Shown: positions 20,732 through 28,159 of the stretch, piece after piece | Layout: each line of letters begins with the position of its first letter | Position numbering within the stretch: position 1 is the first letter of the stretch | DNA from: Terrimicrobiaceae bacterium | Lineage (GTDB): Bacteria > Verrucomicrobiota > Verrucomicrobiia > Chthoniobacterales > Terrimicrobiaceae | Assembly: GCA_041752695.1 (NCBI GenBank) | Contig: JBGSVZ010000104.1 | Span: 29,456-93,455 of the forward strand | DNA length: 64,000 nucleotides | Reading direction: 5' to 3' | Made by a program: the position numbers and the translations under genes | The notes under the pieces: model-generated | What the model was told of the DNA's origin: nothing | Seen by the model: only the letters and a program-made list of their open reading frames with translations | Databases searched by the model: none

Positions 20732-21145
20732 ATGACGTTCCGCCTTGCCTTCCTGCTGGCCACTCTCCTGGCGCTGGCCGGCTGCGAAAGTGTCCGGGAT
20801 TTTAACACCGAACGGTACTCGCGCAATAATGCGCTCGGCACAGCCTGGTTGTCCGACCAGATGTTCCCGCCGGAGATCTCGGTGGCGGGTAATTGGAAGT
20901 CCTCCATCTGGGGCAAAGCTTTCCTCGTGCAAACCGACAATAAAGTGCGGGGCAATCTGGGCGATTATCCGGTGGAAGGCGTCGTCAGTGGAAAAAAGGC
21001 CTACCTCCTCGTCAGTCAGGGCGGGTGGTTTTATTACAGCGTCGTCCTGGAGATGCCCGCCCCCAATATCCTGATCGGCTATTACTCACGCTCGGTTCCC
21101 TACGAGGTCAACAAACGCGTGGACATGCGGCTTGATCGACTTTGA
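20732..21145 (+). CDS. Lipoprotein, hypothetical
   Basis: Lipobox LAGC; beta-rich. Confidence 0.75.
   Translation: MTFRLAFLLATLLALAGCESVRDFNTERYSRNNALGTAWLSDQMFPPEISVAGNWKSSIWGKAFLVQTDNKVRGNLGDYPVEGVVSGKKAYLLVSQGGWFYYSVVLEMPAPNILIGYYSRSVPYEVNKRVDMRLDRL
20932..21144 (+). repeat. Direct repeat copy 1 (~213 bp; 3' half of lipoprotein gene)
   Basis: Matches 22454-22666 with 8 substitutions counted by eye. Confidence 0.9.
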
Positions 21146-22353
21146 GAACCCTTCGGGTTTTTATTGGGGTTGCGATTGCGATCAGCTTGAGCTTCTCGGC
21201 CTGTGACGCCGGGGAGGCACGACTTTATGGTGTCTTGCAAGGTAGTCTGGAAAACGCCGACGCCGGCCGCAAGGCGGGATGGAATGTCGCGGTGATTTCC
21301 CTGGCCTGGGACGCCTTCGAACCCTCACCCGGCAAAATCAACGAAGAAGCCGTCCATCGCGCGGCCAGAGAGGCGCAGGAGTTTCGCAAGCACGGCTATC
21401 GACTCCAGCTCGATCTCGGTTTGCAATATCCGCCGGCCTGGGTTTTCGACCTCCCTCATGCGTATTATCGCAACCAATATGGCGTAGAGTTTCTCAGCAC
21501 CGAGCCCGGGAAAAAAATTCCCAACTATGTTTTTAACGCCGCTGTGCGCGACCGCCTGGCCGGCTATATGGAACAGGTATTTGCCCGACTCGGCACCGAT
21601 TGGGATTGGGTGCGGCTCGGAGGGGGATTTTACGGCGAGGTGAATTTTCCCCAGCATACCTTCGGTGGGCGGCAGAACTGTTATTGGGCTTTTGATGCCC
21701 TTGCCCAGGGCCAGGAAACTGGTTTGCCCGAGGGATTGAAGCCATGCCCCGTCCCGGGTTGGATTCCCGGCACGGCATCTCCGGACAATCAACATGCCCG
21801 GCAATTTCTGGATTGGTATCACGGAGCGCTGCAAAACTACCACGATTGGCAGATCACCACCGTCCGCCGGTGGTATCCCGGCGACCTCTGCATGCTCTAC
21901 GGCTCCTGGGGCATCCGCCCCGGTTGGAACGAGGCCGCCATTCAAACCCACCTTGATGGCTCCTCCCCTGCCGAAAATAACGGCGAGATTTCCACGGGCT
22001 ACGATTGGGCCCGGATGATCCCCGGCATCCAGGATCCGAAGGTGATCGTCTATTGCACCTGGATCGACGCGCCACCGAAGGACTGTGATGACGACGGGAA
22101 AAATCCGGCACACTGGAGCCCTGTTCACTGGCAGTCCTCCCTCGCTGACGCGCATCCGCTCAAACTTCGCAAATGGGGGGAAAATACCGGACGCGGCAAC
22201 CTCGCCGCCATGACCACCACTTTCGCACGTATCAACCGCTACAAATTGATGGGTGTTCTCTGGGCCTTCGAACCAGAATTGTTTGCCACCCCCAACCCAG
22301 ATGGCTTGGCAACTTTTGCCGACTTCGCGGATTTTATCCGGCAGAATCCCTGA
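21142..22353 (+). CDS. Secreted glycoside-hydrolase-like TIM-barrel protein (GH42/GH14-like region)
   Basis: Signal peptide; ISLAWDAFEPSPG, GLQYPPAWV, YYRNQYG, GGGFYGE, WGENTG; TTG start overlapping upstream stop. Confidence 0.65.
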   Translation: MRTLRVFIGVAIAISLSFSACDAGEARLYGVLQGSLENADAGRKAGWNVAVISLAWDAFEPSPGKINEEAVHRAAREAQEFRKHGYRLQLDLGLQYPPAWVFDLPHAYYRNQYGVEFLSTEPGKKIPNYVFNAAVRDRLAGYMEQVFARLGTDWDWVRLGGGFYGEVNFPQHTFGGRQNCYWAFDALAQGQETGLPEGLKPCPVPGWIPGTASPDNQHARQFLDWYHGALQNYHDWQITTVRRWYPGDLCMLYGSWGIRPGWNEAAIQTHLDGSSPAENNGEISTGYDWARMIPGIQDPKVIVYCTWIDAPPKDCDDDGKNPAHWSPVHWQSSLADAHPLKLRKWGENTGRGNLAAMTTTFARINRYKLMGVLWAFEPELFATPNPDGLATFADFADFIRQNP

Positions 22354-22368
22354 ACTGCCGAATTCTAT

Positions 22369-22410
22369 TTGCGTAAAACCATAAACATATCTTCATATGT
22401 TTATATATTC
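22369..22410. promoter_or_regulatory. Orphan copy of the metH promoter/operator palindrome
   Basis: TTGCGT then ATAAACATAT-CTTC-ATATGTTTAT (22381-22404), a perfect inverted repeat. Confidence 0.65.
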
Positions 22411-22453
22411 CTAACGCGCAGAAACCGCAAGGCCGGGCTGAGTCTCCATCGCC

Positions 22454-22666
22454 AACCGACAGTAAAGTGCGGGGCAATCTGGGCGATTATCCGGTCGAAG
22501 GCGTCGTCAGTGGAAAAAAGGCCTACCTCCTCGTCAGTCAGGGCGGGTGGTTTTATTACCGCGTCGTCCTGGAGATGCCTGCCCCCAATATCCTGATCGG
22601 CTACTGCTCACGCTCGGTTCCCTACGAGGTCAACAAACGCGTGGACATGCGGCTCGATCGCCTTTG
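22454..22666 (+). pseudogene. 5'-truncated duplicate of lipoprotein gene 20732-21145
   Basis: No signal peptide/start; missense changes; the TGA stop reads TGC. Confidence 0.8.
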
Positions 22667-22680
22667 CAACGGCTCCCAGG

Positions 22681-24048
22681 CTAGGGGGAAACCGTCCGGT
22701 AAAATCGGCGGGCGGGTCCGGTCGCCGCTGTTTCCGACCAATCGAAGGTCCCGCCCGGGTTGGGCTGGGTGAAGACCGTCGTCCAACCGACGAGATCGGG
22801 AGAGAATTCAATGCGGCAGGCCTGCCCGGCATCTGCTGAGACGGTCAACTGCAGTGCTCCTTCCGCATTCCACACGAGGCCCGAGATGGGGTTTCGGCCT
22901 GGGACAGGAGGGCGGCGTGCTCCAAAAAATTGCAGCGTTTTGTTCCCGTATTCGCTGAAGAATCCATGGCCACTGTAGCAGCAAACGAGCTGGTCCAGGA
23001 TTGCGGCGATGAAGCGGGGAGGAAGCAGCAGCCCCGCTTGCCAGCCGCTGGTGTTCGGATCCGCCAGCAAAAATCCCCCGGCGTCGAGGTACCCCCGGTC
23101 GTTCAAACTCGCAAAAATCAATTGCGCGTCCGCCTCGGTCAGCCCGGGAATGCGAAGGAAACGCCGCGCGTGGACGGGCGAGGGCGGGTGTTCGCGGATT
23201 TCCCCCGCGATCGACCGCGCCGTGAGTTTCGCCAGTCGCGACTCCGCACCTTGCAGGAAATTCGGATGCTCGAAAAGGTTGTCGTTCCGGGCAAGATTCC
23301 AAAGCGTCGGAACCGTCGTGACCTCGAACACCTGTTGGGGCGCGCCGGACGAGCACCAGATGGCGCAGGCGTTAAAGTTCAGCCAGTAGGCGGGCCTCGG
23401 AGCGAAGCCGCCTCCGTTGGACATGCCGACCGAGAACCGAGGCGTGTCGCTGGTGATGAGCTCCAGCCCGACCAGGTAGTTGATGGCCCCCTGCACGCGG
23501 ACAACGTCCACATTGTCGCTCAAGGTGCTGGCATCCCACTGCTTGTTGATCCGGTCCGTGCTGTCGAGCGCCGCCACGGCGTATCCGGCGGCGACCGCAT
23601 CGCGCAGGAAGGACACGTTCTCCACATTGTTGCCGAACCATCCGGATGCCGAGCCGCCGCCCCCGTGAAATACAAATATCACGCCGACGGGATTGGGGGG
23701 GACGGCATAAATCAGTCTCACCGCATTGGGATCGGACTCGGGCAGACCATTAAGAACGGCGGATGTCGGCGTCCAGACGGGCGCCGGTTTATAAGTGGCA
23801 TTAAGGGTGGCGGGGGCCGCGGGCATCACCACCGTCGTATGCCAGGCGTAGGGGTCGGCCAGGATCTGGGTGTCGCCCGTCCAACGATCAAAGACCGTGG
23901 ATTCCGGCGGGGGATCAGCCCAAACGTGATTCGTCGATCCCGTCGCCAGCGAGGCGCCGAGAGCACCACTGTTCACGGTCAAACTTTGCGCGCCGAGGGA
24001 CCCCACCAAGGCACAGAACAGGAGGCCAATGGCTGCGAGATTTGTCAT
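22681..24048 (-). CDS. Secreted alpha/beta-hydrolase (esterase) with C-terminal 'SxDLxxW...RFYR' domain
   Basis: Signal peptide; FHGGGGS oxyanion region; nucleophile elbow GMSNGG; C-term IEFSPDLVGW...RRFYRTVSP. Confidence 0.75.
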   Translation of the reverse strand: MTNLAAIGLLFCALVGSLGAQSLTVNSGALGASLATGSTNHVWADPPPESTVFDRWTGDTQILADPYAWHTTVVMPAAPATLNATYKPAPVWTPTSAVLNGLPESDPNAVRLIYAVPPNPVGVIFVFHGGGGSASGWFGNNVENVSFLRDAVAAGYAVAALDSTDRINKQWDASTLSDNVDVVRVQGAINYLVGLELITSDTPRFSVGMSNGGGFAPRPAYWLNFNACAIWCSSGAPQQVFEVTTVPTLWNLARNDNLFEHPNFLQGAESRLAKLTARSIAGEIREHPPSPVHARRFLRIPGLTEADAQLIFASLNDRGYLDAGGFLLADPNTSGWQAGLLLPPRFIAAILDQLVCCYSGHGFFSEYGNKTLQFFGARRPPVPGRNPISGLVWNAEGALQLTVSADAGQACRIEFSPDLVGWTTVFTQPNPGGTFDWSETAATGPARRFYRTVSP

Positions 24049-24141
24049 GGAGTGGGGGTCGAAAAAGCGAACCTGTGGGTAAGGTAGTGGACATCCGGGA
24101 ATTTGCAAATTCGCCCGGGTTTCCCATCTCCCGCCAGATGG

Positions 24142-26181
24142 TTATTTCGTCGCAAAATCCCACACTCCGCTCCAGTCCGGCGGCGGCGGATTCGCCTGAA
24201 AATCCTCACATCGCTGCCGGAACAGCGCCGACACGCCGGGTGCCAGACCCGCCCGGGACAGTTCGTCAAACGCCCCGGCCGCCTCCTCAAATTTTCCCTC
24301 CCGATACTTTTCGCGAGCCTCCTCAAAAGCGTCGGCCCACGGATCCGGCTCATTCCCCGGATACGGAAAATACAAAGACTCCGACTTCTGTCGTCCCTTC
24401 ACTCGCACCACATCCACCAACAAAAGCTGGCATTCCCCGCGCAGGCTCTCGGCCATCCGGCCATCGACCAAAATGTCGCACACGTAGATCCGGGTGAGCC
24501 CCTCGATGCGCGCGGCAAGGTTCACGGTGTCGCCGATTGCCGTGAGGTCCATTTTTTCCTGGCAGCCAATGTTGCCGAAAACCACCGGGCCCTGCGTGAT
24601 CCCGATCCCGGCCTGCCAGGGCGTGCCTCCCCCACGCCGGGAGTTGATCGCGGCTAGCCTTGTCCGCATTTCAAAGGCCGCCCGCACGGCGTGTCGAGCA
24701 TCTTCCCGGGGACCGCCGGATTCCAGCGCCCCCCAAGTCGCCATGAGCGCGTCCCCCATGAACTTGTCCAGCGTGCCGCGTTTTTGAAAAACCACTGCCA
24801 CCATGTCGCCAAAATATTCGTTGAGCAACGCGACCATCTCGCCGGGGTCCATCGTTTCGGAGTCCGCCGTGAATCCCTGGAGGTCGGAAAACATCGTGAC
24901 GATTTCCTTGCGCTGTCCGCCAAGGGTCTGGAGGTAGGACGCCGGATTGTCCACCAGCTCCTTCACCATGTCCTTCGAAACATAGCGTTCCAGCGCCCCG
25001 CGCAACCGCGCCCGCTCCCGACGCTCCAGGGTGGCGTCACAGGCCAGCACCAGGAACCCACAGACCAGCCACGTCACGAGGGGCGGGGCGGCCGGGAGGA
25101 ACCAAGAAAAAAAGACCAACGCGACCAGGCAGGTCAGTCCCCAAAAAAGCGCCCCCGTCACCAGCCAGAGCAAAAACCACAAGGGGCTCCGGCGCAGCGT
25201 CGCCAGGAGCAAAACGCCCACCGCCGCGGCCAAAATCGAAGCGACCGCCACCCAGGGTCCGCTGCTTTTCAACCACCCGTCCCGCAACATCGCCGCCAGA
25301 ATGTGGAGCTGAATCTCCGGCCCGGAAAGTCGTCTGAAGGGCGTGAGATGATAATCCTTGAGCCCCTCCGCCGTCGCACCAATGAGCACCACGCGGTCAC
25401 GAAAGATGTCCCAGTTGCGCGAACGGGACTTCCAATAACCGGGCACAAACAATTCCTGCAAAGAGATTGTCGGAACCTCCCGGGGTTTGGAGTAGCGGAA
25501 CCGGAGAGGTTTGGTGATTTCCGAAGGAAATGGTTTTCCCAGCCGCGACGCCGCCACGGTTGTCAGCGCAGGCTCCACCGTTTCCCCCTCCCAGGGAACC
25601 TCCCCGCGAAACCCCGAAATGGTGGAATACGGCAGGACATGCCGGATCTCATTGCGCTCCGGCAGGCTGGCAAAACCAACTCCATCCCCCGCCGCGGCTG
25701 CCAGCACGGCCGTGGGCTTCCGATAAGTTTCTCCGTCAAATTGGGCCCCCAGCACAAACCGGTCGGGGTGCTCGCGCAGCAGTTCCGCGAATTTTTCATC
25801 CCCCTCCTTGGGCCCGGGATAGACCATGTCGAAAATCACCAGCTTCGCGCCCGCCTCCAGCAGCTTCCTGCCCGCCAGCGCATATACTTCCCGTGACCAG
25901 GGAAATCCCTCCCTCATCAACTGCAACGCCCGCGATTCCGCAATTTCCTCCGGCTCCAATGCGTCCAGACTCAGGGAGGCATCATCCAGAGCCACCAGCA
26001 GAAAATCCGCAGGCAGAGGCTCCCGCGTTGTCTCGCGCAGCAAACGGTCCTGCAGGCGCAGATTGAGGTCGGAAACAAAGGGCGTGCGCGGATTGACCGT
26101 GAGCACCAGCACGACCGCCGTGCCCACCGCCACACAAAGAGCCTGCCATCGAAATCGCAGGGAACCCGGGGCAAGGCGCAT
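24142..26181 (-). CDS. CHASE2-domain class III adenylate cyclase
   Basis: CHASE2 (FPWSR, VIFD, VVLIGATA..LKD..TP..SGPEI), 3 TM, MFSDLQGFT, LDKFMGD, DLTAIGDTVNLAARIE; start set at 26181. Confidence 0.9.
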   Translation of the reverse strand: MRLAPGSLRFRWQALCVAVGTAVVLVLTVNPRTPFVSDLNLRLQDRLLRETTREPLPADFLLVALDDASLSLDALEPEEIAESRALQLMREGFPWSREVYALAGRKLLEAGAKLVIFDMVYPGPKEGDEKFAELLREHPDRFVLGAQFDGETYRKPTAVLAAAAGDGVGFASLPERNEIRHVLPYSTISGFRGEVPWEGETVEPALTTVAASRLGKPFPSEITKPLRFRYSKPREVPTISLQELFVPGYWKSRSRNWDIFRDRVVLIGATAEGLKDYHLTPFRRLSGPEIQLHILAAMLRDGWLKSSGPWVAVASILAAAVGVLLLATLRRSPLWFLLWLVTGALFWGLTCLVALVFFSWFLPAAPPLVTWLVCGFLVLACDATLERRERARLRGALERYVSKDMVKELVDNPASYLQTLGGQRKEIVTMFSDLQGFTADSETMDPGEMVALLNEYFGDMVAVVFQKRGTLDKFMGDALMATWGALESGGPREDARHAVRAAFEMRTRLAAINSRRGGGTPWQAGIGITQGPVVFGNIGCQEKMDLTAIGDTVNLAARIEGLTRIYVCDILVDGRMAESLRGECQLLLVDVVRVKGRQKSESLYFPYPGNEPDPWADAFEEAREKYREGKFEEAAGAFDELSRAGLAPGVSALFRQRCEDFQANPPPPDWSGVWDFATK

Positions 26182-26272
26182 GTACCCAGAGGAACCTGCC
26201 CGGCCCCGGATTGCAAGCCGCCTGAGGGCAATCCGCTTGACTCCCGGCCGGAATGCGCTGGAATTTCCCACG

Positions 26273-27205
26273 GTGCACAAAAAATCCCTCATCTTCGTCA
26301 CCCTTGCCCTGTGTCTGGGCGGACAAGGTCTCTTCGCGCAGTCCGCCGCCCGCCGCACGAATGCCGCCACCAGCGCCGCCCAAAACGTGGACCGCCTGCA
26401 ATCCGCGACGACCTCTGCGACAGGAGCCAGTTCGGTGCAGGCCGACGCGGATCTTGGCGAACAACAGACCCTGGAATCCCGCACCGGCGCACTCGGGCTT
26501 TATGGCTCGGCGGAGACCGGGCTTTTTTACACCTCCAACGCCCAGCTCACCCCCAGCGGGGGCGGCGGGGATATGTATTTTTTCGCACGCGCCGCGGGCG
26601 GCCTGCGGCCTCATCTGGGCGGGGGGTTGTATCTCGACGGGTTTGTCGCGCAGGAGGTGTTTGAATACGCCCGTTTTTCCGACCTCGACTTCCTCAAGTT
26701 CAGCGCAGGCGGCGGACTGGACTACGTCATCCCCGGCACAAACGGCCTAGTGGCTTCGGTCAAATACAAATACGAACGTTTCCTCGATTCCGGCAGCTTT
26801 GACGAGTTTTACGTCAACAACGCGCTCGACGTGGGACTGGCCAAGGAATTTGTCCTCAACGACATCCAGGCCATCCAGGTCGGCTGGAAATCGTCGTTTT
26901 CCCTCTTTGCCGAACCCGATTTTGTCCGACGCGACGAACACAGCTTTTGGGTCGGCTGGCGGTGGCGGATCGTCGAGCCACTGGAACTCCAGCTTTATAA
27001 TTTCCTCTCCCTCTATTATTATCCCAACATGTCCGGACGTGTCGATGTGACCAATTACTCGGGGGCCTCGCTCAACCTGGCGCTGACGAGTTGGGCACAA
27101 ATTTCCGCCTCGGCTGGCTTTGCGGTGAACTCCTCGAACCAGTCGATTTTCAACTACACCGCCGCCAACGTCGGCGGCACCCTGAGCCTCAACGTGAGTT
27201 TCTAA
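26273..27205 (+). CDS. Outer-membrane beta-barrel protein
   Basis: GTG start, signal peptide, alternating amphipathic strands, C-terminal LSLNVSF. Confidence 0.75.
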   Translation: MHKKSLIFVTLALCLGGQGLFAQSAARRTNAATSAAQNVDRLQSATTSATGASSVQADADLGEQQTLESRTGALGLYGSAETGLFYTSNAQLTPSGGGGDMYFFARAAGGLRPHLGGGLYLDGFVAQEVFEYARFSDLDFLKFSAGGGLDYVIPGTNGLVASVKYKYERFLDSGSFDEFYVNNALDVGLAKEFVLNDIQAIQVGWKSSFSLFAEPDFVRRDEHSFWVGWRWRIVEPLELQLYNFLSLYYYPNMSGRVDVTNYSGASLNLALTSWAQISASAGFAVNSSNQSIFNYTAANVGGTLSLNVSF

Positions 27206-28063
27206 ATGAAAACCCGTCTGTTGCTTTTTACCATCGCCCTGGCCGCACAGGGGCTCCACGCGGCCCCATTTGAAGAGGCCACCGTCACCCGCGTCGTGAA
27301 TGAGGTGGACCTGCTTCGCCCGGATCGCAAACCGGAAAAAGCCTCCGTCGGCACCGAAGTCCGCGGCAGCACCGCCGTGCGCACGGGCGCGGAGTCCCGC
27401 ACCGAACTGCGGTTCCCCGACGACACCATTACGCGTCTAGGCGCTAATGCCCTTTTTCGTTTCGAGGCCGGATCACGCAGCATGACCCTCGATCAGGGCA
27501 CCATCCTGTTCTCCCCGGCGAAAGGAGCCGGTGGCGGCGAGGTGCAGATGGGGGCCGTGACCGCCGCAGTCGCCGGAACCACCTTCCTCGGCAGCCATAT
27601 CCCCAAGGAAGAAATCAAAGTCATCGTGCTGGAGGGCAAGGTGAAGGTCCTCTGGAAAGGTTTCCTGCTCGGCGTGCGTGTCCTCAAGCCGGGCGAGATG
27701 TTCCAGCTGCCGCTGAAAACCCCCAACGCCCGCGGCACCGTCTCGCGGCTGGAACTGCGCAAACTCCTGGCCACCAGTCGCCTGCTGGAATCTGGCGGAT
27801 TTACCAAGCTGCCCAAGATGGCCGACGTCCTCGGCGCGGCCGGACGGCAGCCCCTGCCGCTCAAAAAGATCGCCAATCCGCCGGTCAATGGCCCGCTCCA
27901 AGCCCAAACAGCCCGACGCACGGAAGAGGTTGTCCGTGTCCCCCGACCCGACAAAGTGCCCGGGCCTCGTCCCGTCATCCGTCCGCCCGCGAAGCTGCCC
28001 GTCCCGATTCCCCGCAGAAACCTTCCTTTTCCCCGGCCCACGCCACCGCCGGACCTTTCGTAA
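27206..28063 (+). CDS. Secreted FecR-domain protein with Pro-rich tail
   Basis: VRTGAESRTELRFPDDTITRLGANA, TAAVAGT, VIVLEGKV; signal peptide. Confidence 0.85.
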   Translation: MKTRLLLFTIALAAQGLHAAPFEEATVTRVVNEVDLLRPDRKPEKASVGTEVRGSTAVRTGAESRTELRFPDDTITRLGANALFRFEAGSRSMTLDQGTILFSPAKGAGGGEVQMGAVTAAVAGTTFLGSHIPKEEIKVIVLEGKVKVLWKGFLLGVRVLKPGEMFQLPLKTPNARGTVSRLELRKLLATSRLLESGGFTKLPKMADVLGAAGRQPLPLKKIANPPVNGPLQAQTARRTEEVVRVPRPDKVPGPRPVIRPPAKLPVPIPRRNLPFPRPTPPPDLS

Positions 28064-28096
28064 AATCTCCGAACTCGCAGTCTTCGCAGCTTTTGT

Positions 28097-28138
28097 TTGC
28101 GAAAAATTATAAACATATCTATATATGTTAATATGTTC
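28097..28138 (+). promoter_or_regulatory. metH promoter with overlapping palindromic operator (ArsR/SahR-like geometry)
   Basis: -35 TTGCGA 28097-28102, 17 bp, -10 TATATA 28120-28125; ATAAACATAT-CTAT-ATATGTTAAT 28109-28132. Confidence 0.65.
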
Positions 28139-28159
28139 TTCAGGCATGCCCCAAAAGAA

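Noticed and set aside
22405..22453. SAM/SAH riboswitch after the orphan operator
   Set aside because: No recognisable SAM-I, SAM-II or SAH consensus elements.
20932..22667. Repeat pair as DGR template/variable repeats (tempting given an Avd-like gene in the window)
   Set aside because: Of 9 differences (including the stop), 4 are at non-A positions, and the A residues are in the coding copy rather than the putative template. No reverse transcriptase is present.
28097..28159. N-terminal extension of MetH from TTG 28097, and ORF 22369-22596
   Set aside because: Both simply translate the AT-rich promoter/operator; MetH similarity starts near ATG 28160.
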